DNA from: Mobula hypostoma
Lineage: Eukaryota
Direction: 5' to 3'
Assembly: GCF_963921235.1 (NCBI RefSeq)
Contig: NC_086097.1
Span: 84,260,001 to 84,324,000 of the forward strand
DNA length: 64,000 nt
In this document: piece after piece, positions 39,669 to 52,271 of the stretch
Layout: each line of letters opens with the position of its first letter
Position numbering within the stretch: the first letter of the stretch is position 1
Translations under genes and position numbers: made by a program
The notes under the pieces: model-generated
Databases searched by the model: none
What the model saw: only the letters and a program-made list of their open reading frames with translations
Told to the model about the DNA's origin: nothing

Positions 39669-39940
39669 AAACATAGAAACATAGAAAACCTACAGCACAA
39701 TACAGGCCCTTCGGCCCATGATGTTGCGCCGAACATGTGCTTACTTTAGAAATTACCTAGGGTTACCCATAGCCCTCTATTTTTCTAAGTTCCATGTATC
39801 TATCCAGGAGTCTCTTAAAAGACCCTATCAAATCCGCATCCAGCACCACCGCCGGCAGCCCATTCCACACACTCACTATTCTCTGTGTAAAAAACTTACC
39901 CCTGACATCTGCTCTGTACCTGCTTCCAAGCACCTTAACA
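39669..39940 (-). mobile_element. CR1-type LINE 3' end
   Basis: Reverse complement of 27831-28096; encodes KFFTQRIVSVWNGLP. Confidence 0.92.
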
Positions 39941-42900
39941 TGATGGGGGGAAGGCATCAAGGAATACTCCGATATGGTAGGATGGAGCCCTGAGTTGAAT
40001 AAATTCTGATACAGATCAGCTGGGCTAAATAGTCCGTCACTAGAGATGTTTCATACAACCAGGGCAAATTGTGAGATGCTCGTTTGCTATTCAATTGACG
40101 GAACTAAGAGCTCTCATCAGGCCAGGGTGAGAGGACCTCAGCATGTGCCTGCTGCTCAGCCTTTAATGGAAACTTCATTAGGGTTCTTCCTGTTGACGAG
40201 CTAGAGTAAAAGGTTCCCTAATGCACCACTTGTGCTGTGTAATAGTTGTTGAATTGCACTGTACTGAAGGAGACCATTTGGCCCATTTTCTCTGAACTAG
40301 GCACTGGAATAGAGCTATCTGATTGGCTCATTTTCTCCTCTTCCCCAATCTTCCCAGGAACTCTTTTCATATTGTAGGGCCGCATCCAATTCTTTTTTTT
40401 TGAAATTTGCTTTTAAATCTGCTTCCAACAACTTTTCAGCCAGTTTTATTTTCCCAGATCACAATACTGGGCTGTGTAATATCCCCTTGGTGCCCTTGGG
40501 ATCTTTCACCAGTTAGCTCCGCCGTCTAGTAACCCCCTTTCTGCACCCCCAACCCCTGCTGCCAGTGGAAAATGCTTCTCACCATTTAATCTATCAAAAC
40601 CCCTTCACATAATGGAACATCTTGTCTTGGCTGTGGTAATCCTGTGCCCATATTATAACCATAGATGTTAAGAGGCAATGCAGTGGCAAGGTTAAGATGG
40701 TCTGTTTAAAGCTGTATTACACATGGAATTACAGAGCGCACAGAGGTAGTGAGGAGAGGGGGCTCTTTGTTCTGTCTTCAGAATAAACGCATTGTGCACC
40801 TCAGACAATTAACTCTTCTATTGACTGCGGTCTTTTAAAGCTGCTGCATCCTCAACCACCAACCCCCCCCCCCCCCGCCACTAACCCCTCTCTCTCCCTA
40901 TGTCTCAGGCTCCTTTCACAGTGCTACCATACGGAACTCTGAAAAATCAGCAATAATAGGGGTGAAGATCAACATTGTTCACATTTTAACTTTTTTTTTT
41001 CTCCCTGCAACAGTGAATTTGTCAATCAGATCTGAAAGGCAGAAAGAGGCTTTGAATTTTGATCGCAGGGAGCTGGAGAGCCTCCCAGCTGCATGTGTAG
41101 GCAGCTTGTGGGATGGAAAGGCCGCCCAGTCACAATTGCACAGCCTACTTTGGGATCTGGCTTTGCAGCAGGAGTGGGGGTGGGCATCATCGCTGAGACA
41201 GTGCTGCTTTATCTGAATGCACCTGCAGAAAGGAGGGAGGCAAAATGTTTTTCTCTCCCGCTTAGCTCATTAATTGTACCTTGGAGCTCGAGTGAGGAAC
41301 AATACAGCACATCAGTAAACGAGATTTGGCAGTGAGAGGCATGTTTACTGTACAAGGTTCTTTTACTAGAATAACACTTTGAGTGCAGATTGTCTCATGT
41401 GCTTCTCACTGAGCTGTCAACACTCATTAGGGTCCACAATCTAAGCCCTACAACCAGTTTTGTCTTTCTCTTCATCTTTGATGCCACTCTTTTATCAAAT
41501 CTGCATTCATTTTAAATCCAATGTATTATTTTCCTGCTTTTTTTTCTCTGATTCTCATGTCCACACACAACCAATGGGGATCATTGGCTGGCAGTTCAGT
41601 GGTGAAAGCTCTTTATTTCCCGATTTCCTATCCTCGTAGAGCTGAAGTCACTCTACAGTGCCAGACTTCTCATTCCTGACAAGATCAATTTGGGTCATGT
41701 CCAGTACTGACTGACTCACAAGTACCATTTGCTTGACATTAAAATGGGGACTTGTGAGCAACATGGAAGACAGTTTTAAAAAAAAGTTGCAGCCATAGCT
41801 GAGATTTAATGAGGGTTAAAGTTCATTGGCATCAGATGTAAAGTGAGAATTCATCTATAGCAGCAAAAATGATGAGGTAACGCAGAGAGGGACCATATTT
41901 TTATTTTGGAAACAGAATATCGTTTTAAAAGTAGAATGACAGTCTTCAGTGAAGAATTCATTCAGGAAAAGTTATGGGGACTAAAGTGAAGGAAGAGTAC
42001 AGGGAACGAGGCCTGGAATTAAAGTTTAAAGTGTAATAAGAGTATCATGCCCCCTGCTAATGTTTGCAGAGTTCAATTAGTCTTACCTGTGCTGTTCATG
42101 CACTGAGCATTCCAGCACGGGACTAAACAGGATGAGGGACAAGCTGTAGTAAGTTTGGAATGTACCTCTTGAAGGGGAGATGCCGTCCAGGTCAGAAGAT
42201 GCTGGCAGCTTTCGAAGTGTGAAGCTGACTTGGTGAGACATGAGGGTAGGTTCCCTGCAGGGGAGAATGGGTTGCGAGGCTTTTGGGCACCGTGGTTGAG
42301 ATGCAAATTGGAGAGAGGAGCTGTATCCCTTGATCTTTTTAAAACAATGATCTACCCCCAGTGATCCATTCTCCACAACCCTCCAGTCATCAGGTGTGAG
42401 GGCTCTCTCGGTGGGGTAGGATGCAAGGGTTGCTCTCAACGGCTGCAAGGTTGGCAGTGACGACACCGGTGCACTTCTACAGTTAAATGTTTGGCATGCC
42501 AGGAAGCCAATTACTGACGTGTAGGATAGTGTGGGGCTGTGATTCATAAGAGGACAGCCTGATCCATTATTATTATGCACGTTAAGGACAGGCACAGACA
42601 CATAACATGTCCCTCCAAAAGTGGTCAGATTACAACAGCTTGCCCGCTAGGTAGGGCAGCTTCAATAGCACCCTTGGGGTGCAGTCCCTGGTAGCCTTTT
42701 GTCACAGATTTCATCGCAACACGGTTGCCGACCTTCCAGTGCTGCTGTGGAGCTGTAGTGCTGCCAAGCAATGTTGGTGTGCTAGGCTCGTGCATCATAA
42801 TCTGCGGGGCTGCCACGTCAAAACAGTCCAGCATTCTGTGCTCTGCCAAGTCTATGGCCATCGAGAGTTGTGAAACCTCGATAAATGCCTGAGTTAGCTG

Positions 42901-45900
42901 ATGGTACGGTAAACCAGTGGGCAGGATTTCTCTCCATGTTTTTTAGGTTCACAGCATTTATCATGACATCTACTGTTCTTCATAAGTGTCCACACACACA
43001 TTGGGTCAACATTCTGGCATTATCAATACTGCACTTTCTCATGGGTTCACAACACTGGTTTATTTTAAGGAAACATTTTCCAAATTGTCGTCTTGCTGTC
43101 CTTCTACATATAATCATCACTGGGATAAACTATTGGTTTAGCCTATCTGAAAGATACACCCCGCCATTTATTGGACTTGCTGCAACACGGAAGGCAAAGG
43201 GTAGGATTGTTCAGGTAATGCGTGCTTGGGCTTTGAATCCTGATGCAAGGGTGAGTGATTTCATGAGCAAGGCGAGTGGTTTCACTTCAGATTTAGAAGG
43301 GAGAACGAAATGCTCTAAAATTCTGTCTAATAGTTAGACTTTAGCAGTACTGTTTCTGTGATACCAATCGTAAACACGAGAAAATCTACAGACTCTGGAA
43401 ATCCAAGGCAACTCACACAAAATGCTGGAGGAACTCAGCAGGCCAGGATTGGTTCCTGTGGTGCCAATCAAAGGAGAGCCAATCACTTTGCAACTCCTAT
43501 AAACCATTCATTTTGACAGGTTTCCAATCTTATACAATAGCGCTTTCACCCAAAGGAAGTGAAGAAGGAGGAACAGGGATAAATGGTTCTCCTGGTCACC
43601 TCTGGGTTCTTACCTGTCCTTCAAGCCAGTTTGCCCTTTTGCTGAGTGAGAAAGTGCAGTTCTTTCTTCGGGAAGCCTATGTAGATGTTTAAAAGAGGTG
43701 CATTCCTGCGCCTTCCATACCAGCTTGTTACTCAGGACAAAGACTGGGCTTTCGACAGTCTTGCTGTTCTTCTGAGAGAGTGAGTGAGAAACAGTGAAGT
43801 TTTTATTGGAAGAGGCCGAAGCCCTCTCTGACCTAGATACTTCTGACTAGCTCTGGGTAAGCAGATTTCTCTTTACGACCAGATGGAAGGAGAAGGTTGA
43901 GTAAAGAGGCCACTTGAGCACTTTGTTTGTTTGTCTCAGTTGCCACCGTACCTCCACTGAAGAGACTTAAATTGGCAGACTCTGGCATTGCTTACAAAGA
44001 GCCTGGGCGTTAGCTGTGAAGGCAACAGGCTTCTAAACTATCATAGGCATCACAATCCAACTTATCCTTGCCCATGAACTTCCCAATGAGGGCTTCAGGC
44101 ATGGCAGACATGGTTAATTGCTCTTTACTCGTAATCCAGTGTCACAGTAGCCAGCGTTAGATATGAACGCTGAGCGTGTGGACATTACTGAGTACTCTGT
44201 GTGTTTTCAGATGCAAGTGCTTGGTTGTGCTTTAAGATTATGATCTTAAAGATTGTAGAATTTGAAATGAAATGAGATTACTGGTCTGTGGTTATTTATC
44301 CACCATTAAATATTATAAAGGAAAGTGATCAGAAATGGTGAAATGCTGACTATTATTGCAGGTACTGTGAGCACGATCACACCATCATTGGAATATGACT
44401 TGGAATTGCAATGGAGCGTGATTTTAGATTCCACAATCAAATTATTATTAAGTAAGGTTGGAACGTTGCCTCCATTTTATTCCACTTCTGATGGAATTGA
44501 TAAATAAGCCTCCAGGTCACTTTGATTTAACAAAGAGAAATACTAATCGTCTGTTGAAGGACCTGGATAATTTTTCTTTTTGTAGAAGGGTAGTTGGTTT
44601 TAAGTTGTCTCCTGTGAGTCCATGGTTGAATATTTCTGAACCTTCCATTTGTCATGCCAACTGCAGCAGTCCCATTGTGTCGATTGTGACCTCTGACCCA
44701 TTTAGATGAGCTGGCTGCTATACAAATAGATATTTTTGCTTGGAGTGAGAATTCTTCAGTCTCATAACTGTTGCAGGTTTCTGATGTAATTTGTCTGCAT
44801 TCACTAGCCAAAAAAAAATGGATTACGGTTACCAAGGCACTTAATTCAGTCAATGGCCCCTCTAGTACTTAAACAAAGATCTCTCATCACTTCATAACAG
44901 AAAATTAAAACCTGAACATAAATCAGATGTTGGCTGGAGTCCTTCTATGTTTAAGATGTTTTATAGGGACTTTTAAACAGAGTACCTTGATTGAAAAGTA
45001 CAACACAGCGATGATCCTGCTGACAACAACAGAACTTGAAATTAACCTATAAATTATTTCCTTGGCACTACTTTTGCAGAAGAGCTTGTTCCCCCTTTTC
45101 AATCCATCCCAGACAACTTTGCCAGTGCAATGCCTGTCCCCTGGTTAAAAACAAAGCCAGGATCTCACCTGGTATTTCTTTAACACCCCCTTCGCTCGTC
45201 TCCGGTGCAATGTCTGCTGTGAAGTTGGGCTCCCCCGTTGAGAGAGAAGCTGCACCCTGTTGCCACTTATGGCTTGTTACTGGTGCACCTCCAGTGCACC
45301 CATTTCAAGCTTGTTGCCAAGATGGTCAGTGCTGCTACTGGGCCACATGAAATGGGGACAGGTGAGGTCTTAACTCCTCCCCAGCTCAGACAGCCCCATG
45401 ACTGCAGTAAATCTGCACGTATATTGCTTCTAATGTTGGGTGTGCAAATGCTTATTTCATGCTCTCATCAGGCCAGGCAGCACCTCTGACAAAGAAAACA
45501 ACGTTTCAGGTCTGAGACCTTCCACTGATGCTGGGGAAGTTCTGATGGACCATCCTTGACCAGAATCGTTAACTTTGTTTTTCCCTCCACAGACGCTGCT
45601 TGCTGTTATGGCTTCTCTTTGTTTCAGATCTCCAGCTTCTGCAGTTTAAAAAAAACCTTCTGTACTTTGTTGCCAATTCAAAACCTACTTAATTGCCTGA
45701 AGACTGGACAGTAAGGCAAGATAATACATCCCTCAACAGGCATACAATCTCTCTCTATACTGACTAAGCACTTCACCGTGCTGAATATCCAAGTTACACA
45801 AAAGAGACTGCAGATGCTGGAAATCTGGATCAGCACACGCAAACAGCTGGAAGAACTCAGCTGGCTAGGCAGCCTCTATGGAGGAGAATGAACAGTCGAC

Positions 45901-45956
45901 ATTTCAGACCCTTCATCGGTCCATTGATGCTATCTGATCTGCGGAGTTCCTCCAGC

Positions 45957-45958
<2 letters not shown>

Positions 45959-46022
<64 letters not shown>
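45959..46022. repeat. (TG)n microsatellite at the end of a PLE fold-back fragment
   Basis: Directly visible. Confidence 0.97.
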
Positions 46023-46026
<4 letters not shown>

Positions 46027-47905
46027 GATCCGAAATAGGTAAAAGCAGTTCTCAGGGATTGGAGCTTGTTTTCAGGATGACATTTTGGAGATGAATAACA
46101 ACAGGCCTTTTCAGCGGATCCGGAATGGGAAGCCTCTGAGCCATGCACCCATCTGCGGTTTACTCTGCAACCGTCACACCCAGGACCCTTCACCGCGATG
46201 GCTCAGGTGGAGTATACAAGCTGCGTCTGTGTCAGCGTGGCAGAAACAAAGCAAATATGTGTCACGTTGGGAAGGAGCGCTTGGAAGGCCTGGAAGTCTA
46301 TGGTACTGAGGAAAGTAAGCTAAGAGCGGCTGGGTTAAAGCAGACGATGGCAGATCCAGCACAGCTTTGTGTCCGTCCTGAGTGACCTTTTTGGAGTTGA
46401 TGAAAATGAGGAGAGATGGAAAAACATTTATTCCTATTGCACAGTGTTAAATTTATCTGACTGGCACCCATTGCAGCTATTTCATTTTTTAGTCAGTTGT
46501 TTGGTAATCATCTTTTTTTTAAAATTAGGTTTAACATTTGCAGTTGGGCGCAGGAGTCAACAACTTGCCCCCTCGAGCCTGCTCAGCCTTTTACTGTGAT
46601 AATGGCTGGACCAATGTTATTCCTCTAAATCTTATCATCCGATTCTCCTGCCTCAGATTTTTCAATGCAGAGCCCTCTCTGATCCCACTTACACCCTGGT
46701 ACAAATGCCGGAGGGTGAAGGCAGTGACCTTCGGTTCATCTGGCTGGCACTGTCACAGTTGAGGCTTATCTCGTTCGTTCCCAGTAAGCCCTGTGTTGAC
46801 AGCCTATATCATAGTGGTCATTGCATTGGGAAATATGGTCACCAGCTGTAGCTGGACAAATGTCTGCAACGATCTTGCAACTTTCCACCAGAATTGGCTA
46901 CTCAGTATTGTTTTGAAATACATAACTAAACTTAAAGGAAAATCAGTTGATGCCCTTTTTAAATGCTTGTGTGGTTATCTGCCTGGAGTGCTTGGAGATG
47001 TGTTCAGGAGATTAAAATGTGGGCTAACCCCGGAGCATTGGTGATTCTCTATGTGATCCAGTGGCTGTCTTTTTTCTTGTTCCACGTGGGAAGATGAGAC
47101 TTGCTAAGTTGCTTTAGATGCTCAAGTGGACCATAGAGAGAGGGATCCCTTACAATGTTGGAGCAGGAATAGTCTTCCTAAGGTCTGGTATCACAGAAGT
47201 ATCCTTACCTGCAAAGCTAATGGGAAAAGAATCTGCCATCATGAAGGGTAATGTAAGGGGTTTTTTCATGAACTGTATACTCCGTTTTACTGGGTCATAA
47301 TCCTCGCTAGAAGACCAGGATGCTTCATCGGCCGTCAAAATGCGACAAAGGCAACCTGAATATCTATTGGAAAACATGAAGTATTGAACCCCTAACCCCT
47401 TCAGCCTGAATTTGGTTTAAAGGTCAGAACTTCTGTTTTGCTCCCGCCAATTATTTATTCATATCAGCCAAAGTCATTAAATTAAATTGAAAAGGTGTTC
47501 CTTCAAATTCCAGTGTGCTAGTGTCTGAATTTATTTTTAGATGGTTTTGTCTCTTGTCCAGAGTGGCATATTGAAATGTCTTCTTCATCTGTATTTCAAT
47601 CTTCATCGTGTATAATGCATGTCCTGTGCCTGTCTCACTCTCCTTGTGTCCCTGTCCATGTAATCGGCTGACTCTGGGAAGTGTTTTGTGTTTGTTCTGC
47701 ATGTTTTTCCCGAGGTGATTCTGTGTCCTGGCTCTCTGTGCACTGTGTGCTTTGTTTCATTGCTGTTTTAGTTCGTTTCTTTCTGTTTTGTTCACCAAGT
47801 GGCCGGGCCATGTGCAAATCCCATCATTCAATAGTGCTGGAGAGTAGATAGTATTTACCTCAATAATGGTAGTTTCTTTTCAATTCTTTCTAACGCTGAA
47901 CTCAG

Positions 47906-47962
47906 AAGACGTCTCGAAGCCTACGCCAACCGCGGAAACCCAGCCGGTGTTTGATGGAGACG
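47906..47962 (+). CDS. SMOC1: SMOC1 coding exon 6 (short form), 57 bp, phase 1 to 1; long form starts at 47873
   Basis: ctgaactcag acceptor and ACG|gtgagt donor. Translates (E)DVSKPTPTAETQPVFDGD, versus human DDGSKPTPTMETQPVFDGD. Confidence 0.95.
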
Positions 47963-48222
47963 GTGAGTCGGTTTTGATCATCTTTCTCTGACCTGGTGTC
48001 TTTTTTAAATTGATGTTTGATGGGCATGGTGGGGGGAGGAGTTAGCCATCATACATTCCTCTTTAGAGAAACAATTTCTTCTTTCAATGGGGGAATAAAA
48101 TTGAAATTCATTTACTACTTGAACGAATTTCAATTTTCGAGGATGGCATCAAGTTAAATAATATTATGTCAGTGATTAATTTTTCCCTGTTTCTATTCTT
48201 AATCTGATAGCATCTGCTTTAC

Positions 48223-48880
48223 ACCATAAAATATCGGAGCAGAATTCAACCATTTGGCCCATCGAGTCTGCTTCACTATTTCATCACAGCTGAGCCAACT
48301 TTCCTCTCAACCCCAGTCTCTTGCCTTCTACCCTAACTTATCAAGAATCTGCCTGAAATATACCCAATGACTTGACCTCCACTGCCACCTGTAGCAATGA
48401 ATTTCAAAGATTCACTACTCTCTGGCTAAAGAAATACTCCTTCATCTCTGTTTTAAATCGATGTTCCTCTATTCTGATGCTGTGCCCTCTGGCCTCAGTC
48501 TCCCCCACTATAGGAAACATGCTCACCACATCCACTCTATTGAGGCCTTTCAAATTTTGATAGGTTTCAATAAGATTCGCCCCCCCCCATTCTTCTGAAT
48601 TCCAGTGACTACAGGCTCAGAGTCATCAAACTCTCCTCATACGATAAGACTTACAATCCCAAGATCATTTTTGTGAACCTCCTTTGAACTCTCTTCAATA
48701 TCAGCACATCCTTTGTTAGATAAAAGGCTCAAACTGCTCACAGTTCTCCAAGTGAGCCTCACTAGTGCCTTATAAAGGCTCAACATTACATCTTTGCTTT
48801 TATATTCTATTCCTCTCGAAGTGTACACTAACATCACATTTGGATTCCTCACCACCGACTCAATCTGCAAATTAACCTTT
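48223..48880 (-). mobile_element. CR1-type LINE 3' fragment
   Basis: ORF 48637..48912 contains SRGIEYKSKDVMLSLYKALVR. Same family as 52272-52480 plus 53958-54350. Confidence 0.88.
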
Positions 48881-50215
48881 AGGGGATCCTGCACGGGGTA
48901 GCACAGAGGCACAGCCAGTAGAACTGCTGCCTCTCAGCTCCAGTGAGCTGGGTTTGAACCTGAATTCTGGTATTGTATATCTGGAATTTCCATCTTCTCC
49001 CTGAGTTCCCCCAGGGGTTCCTGTGTCCTGGAAGGTTGGTTGGCCACTGCAAATTGGTTCTGGTGTGGTGGCCGGCAGGAGCATGGGATTGGAGGGCTGG
49101 GGGAGAAATTGAAGGTCACATGGGGAAAATAAAGAGAGATTAGTGCGCTTGATGGTCAGCGAGATGCCAGTGGGTTGAAGACCGGTTGCCATGCCTTACT
49201 TATGACTCTTGTTCTGTGAATCTAATCCTCTCAAGGTCCTTTTCTTTGATAAAAGATGTACAGTTTTAGAAAAGCTACCATATTGACCATCACCTTCAAG
49301 CATGGACAGTGGGGTTTTAAGTAACCAGTTTGGTATTTCCTTTGACTAATACAACCCTGAGTAGAAGGTATTCTTCTAAAACCTTGAGTGAATGGATGAC
49401 GTAGAGATAAGAGGTCTAAGTGTCACCTTGTGCAAAACTGTGCAATGATAAAGGTTTTATTTTTAAGTAACTCAGCATAGTAATGGTTTTTAATGCTTGT
49501 TCTTTTGGAATAAGCAAGTTTCTATCCCAGATTTGTTAAGCAAAAGGGAAGCAATGGAATGAGTGGGGAGCAGAGAGAAGTCAAAATGAGGATCACAGTG
49601 AAAGATGCCCCGATTGCTGTTTTGTGCCATTTAATGATTAATGGAGCAGAGTACCGTCAAATACTGTGGTCTAGGCTGAAAAGAGCAAGGGGTAATGTGA
49701 TAATCTCCACTCTGCTGCCAGGGCTTCAGGGTATTACGCAGACTCCATTTGACGCACATTTCAAAGTTGAGTATTTTGTGTTGACTCCAATGCCTTGTAG
49801 AATGACTGCTTTCTATAGTGAACTAAACATTAAAAGAAAATGAGGCGAATCTAACTCACTTACAAGAATGATTGACCCCACAGTAAGTTTCCCAGCTTGG
49901 GCAGGCAAAGTGTAGGATGTGAGGGTGGGGGTAGAGTAGATGATATCGCTAGTGTTGCTCAGACGCAAAATCAGTATTCTGTCATTATGTAGTTCCTGTC
50001 CTGTTTCATTTGAGTGAAACTGCACTACCTGAAAAAGCCAGGTGTTCAATGCTGAACCTTAGTGATCAGAGCATGTAGTCTTGCTTGTCTTTGGAAGGAT
50101 AGAGGGGAGTGGGAATAAATGAGATAAAAATTGAATGTGAGCAGCTTATGTCATAAGAACAAACCAGAGAAACCAGGATTGAAACCTACTTGATCCCTCA
50201 ATCACTCAATTTGTT

Positions 50216-50430
50216 GGGCATGTGGCCAAGTGGTTAAGGTGTTTGTCTAGTGATCTGAGCCTCAGCTGTGGCAGCATGTTTGTGTCCTTGAGCAAGGCAC
50301 TTAACCACACATTGCTCTAGTGTCTGTGCAAGGAGTGGCGCCCCAAACAGACTTCCAATCTGCGCCTTGTAAGGCATAAAAATGCCTGACGCAGGCCTCT
50401 CATGGTCTGAGTCGACGTTCCCTCCCTCCC
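50216..50430 (+). mobile_element. tRNA-derived CORE-like SINE
   Basis: A box TGGCCAAGTGG, CORE-like tgtgtccttgagcaaggcacttaacc, and a (CCCT)n tail. Confidence 0.7.
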
Positions 50431-51659
50431 TGATTCCTCAAGCCTATCCACCTCATTCAAAAAGACTGGCTGATTTCTTCCAGGACTCATCTCCTGAACT
50501 GTACCAGTTCCACATGTTCCCTATTCAATAAATTAATGTGTGTACTACTAAGGCCAGTCCCCCACCCAACTTCCGCCTTAACAGTAGATGGGTACTTCTT
50601 ATTTCAACCTAATCATTTCATTTTTCAGTGTTTTGGCCAATCCTGTAACTTGTTACACCTCTACCAGAACCAACAGAAACATGGCTTCTATGTTGATTTT
50701 GTGATCAGTGTTGAACCGATCCTTCATCATCCCTAATCTCTGGACCTCCAGTATTTTGACCAATAAATATTGTAGCTGAATATTTCCAATGTCAGCTCCC
50801 CACTTGGCATTTTTCTAAACCACCAGCTTCCCATATTCACATTTATTTTTAGTCAGTGGTGAGGTTAAACTTTTGATACTGAGAGTTTAACATCAAGATT
50901 TGGTTCACTATTGATTAAACAAACAATTTGGGCTTTCACTCCATGAATGGGTGTGATCTTTGAACTTTGGTCTCTCAGCATTTCTCTGATTTTTACATGC
51001 TGGTTCAGGGGAGATCAGTGCAGCTCAGAAATCTGTTGGTAGGAAGAAAAAGAAGTTGCAAATTTGAACCTTGACCCAGGAAGGAAGAGTATCGACTTTG
51101 CAAGTCTAAGTCTCGTTGAGACATGTGTGTTTGAGTGAGATTCTGTTACTGCATATTAAACTGCTGATTCAGGAAGCTGAAAACTAATAGGGCACATTAG
51201 CAACCAAAAAGAACTATGATTGAATTTTACTAGGGAATCTCGAAGAGTCCCAGAAGGTACAGGTGGGAAAGTGGGTTGGTGTGTAGGAGTGTGTTAGTGG
51301 AATTCATTGTCCTAATATCACTGCTAAACACATTCAGTTTTATTAGAATTGTTTTATGAGTCCCCCACGTGTCTAGTAATCTACAGCTCCTGCAGTGCTG
51401 AAGTATTGATCAACCTAAAATCCCTTTTAAGCAGAATCTGCTGGTGTGGTTTGGACACCTAACTCTTGAGCTCAGCTGAATAACTTTTGTTGGGGATATT
51501 ATTGACCAAAAGACTTTGTGTGGTCTTCAACACAGTACTTCAGTCTGCTAGAAATTGGTGTTTCCCATTTAAAAAAATAAACAACTCCAGACTAGGAACA
51601 AATCTCTGCTTGGTGTGGTGCAGACAATTGGTTATGGCCCAACGGTTAGTGTTGATAGT

Positions 51660-52240
51660 CTACATAAGAAACATAATAAATGGGCGGAGGAGCAGGCCAT
51701 CTGGCCTTGTCATCATTCATGAAAATCATGACTAATCTTCTACTTGATTTTCTGCTACTGTCCCTTTTAACACTCAAATCCCTCAATGCCCAGAAACCTA
51801 CCTATATCTGTTTTGAACAAACTCACTGACTGAGCCCTCACAGCCTTCCTGGGTTAAGATTCTTTACCTCAAATAACATATTTCTCCTCATCTCAATTGC
51901 AAATGGCCTACTCCTTATTCTCAAAAGTCCTACACTCCTCAGTCAGGGGAAACATCCTCCCTCCTTGCACTTAGATTGACAAGTCCGTTAAGAATGTTGT
52001 AAATTTTGATAAGATCTCCCTTTATCCTTCTAAACTCTAGAGAGTATAATCCCTGTCCACTCAGTCTCTCCTCATATGGCAAACTCACTATTCCTGGAAT
52101 CCATTTTTGCTACACTCCCGCCATGACAAGAATATTTTCAGATAAGGAGACCAAAACTTCAAACAAAACTCCAGGTCCAGTCTCACCAAGATTCCAGGCA
52201 ATTGCAATAAGACTTTTTTATTCCACTCCTGCAATGAAGG
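51660..52240 (-). mobile_element. Old decayed CR1 3' fragment
   Basis: acataagaaacat tail, and IRSPFILLNSREY antisense to the CR1 RGDL motif. Confidence 0.7.
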
Positions 52241-52271
52241 ATAAACTGGGTTAGGAGGAAAGGCAAAAGGA

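Noticed and set aside
42083..43337. ORFs of 172 aa (-) and 150 aa (+)
   Set aside because: No recognisable domain and no supporting splice or promoter context; lengths are compatible with chance.
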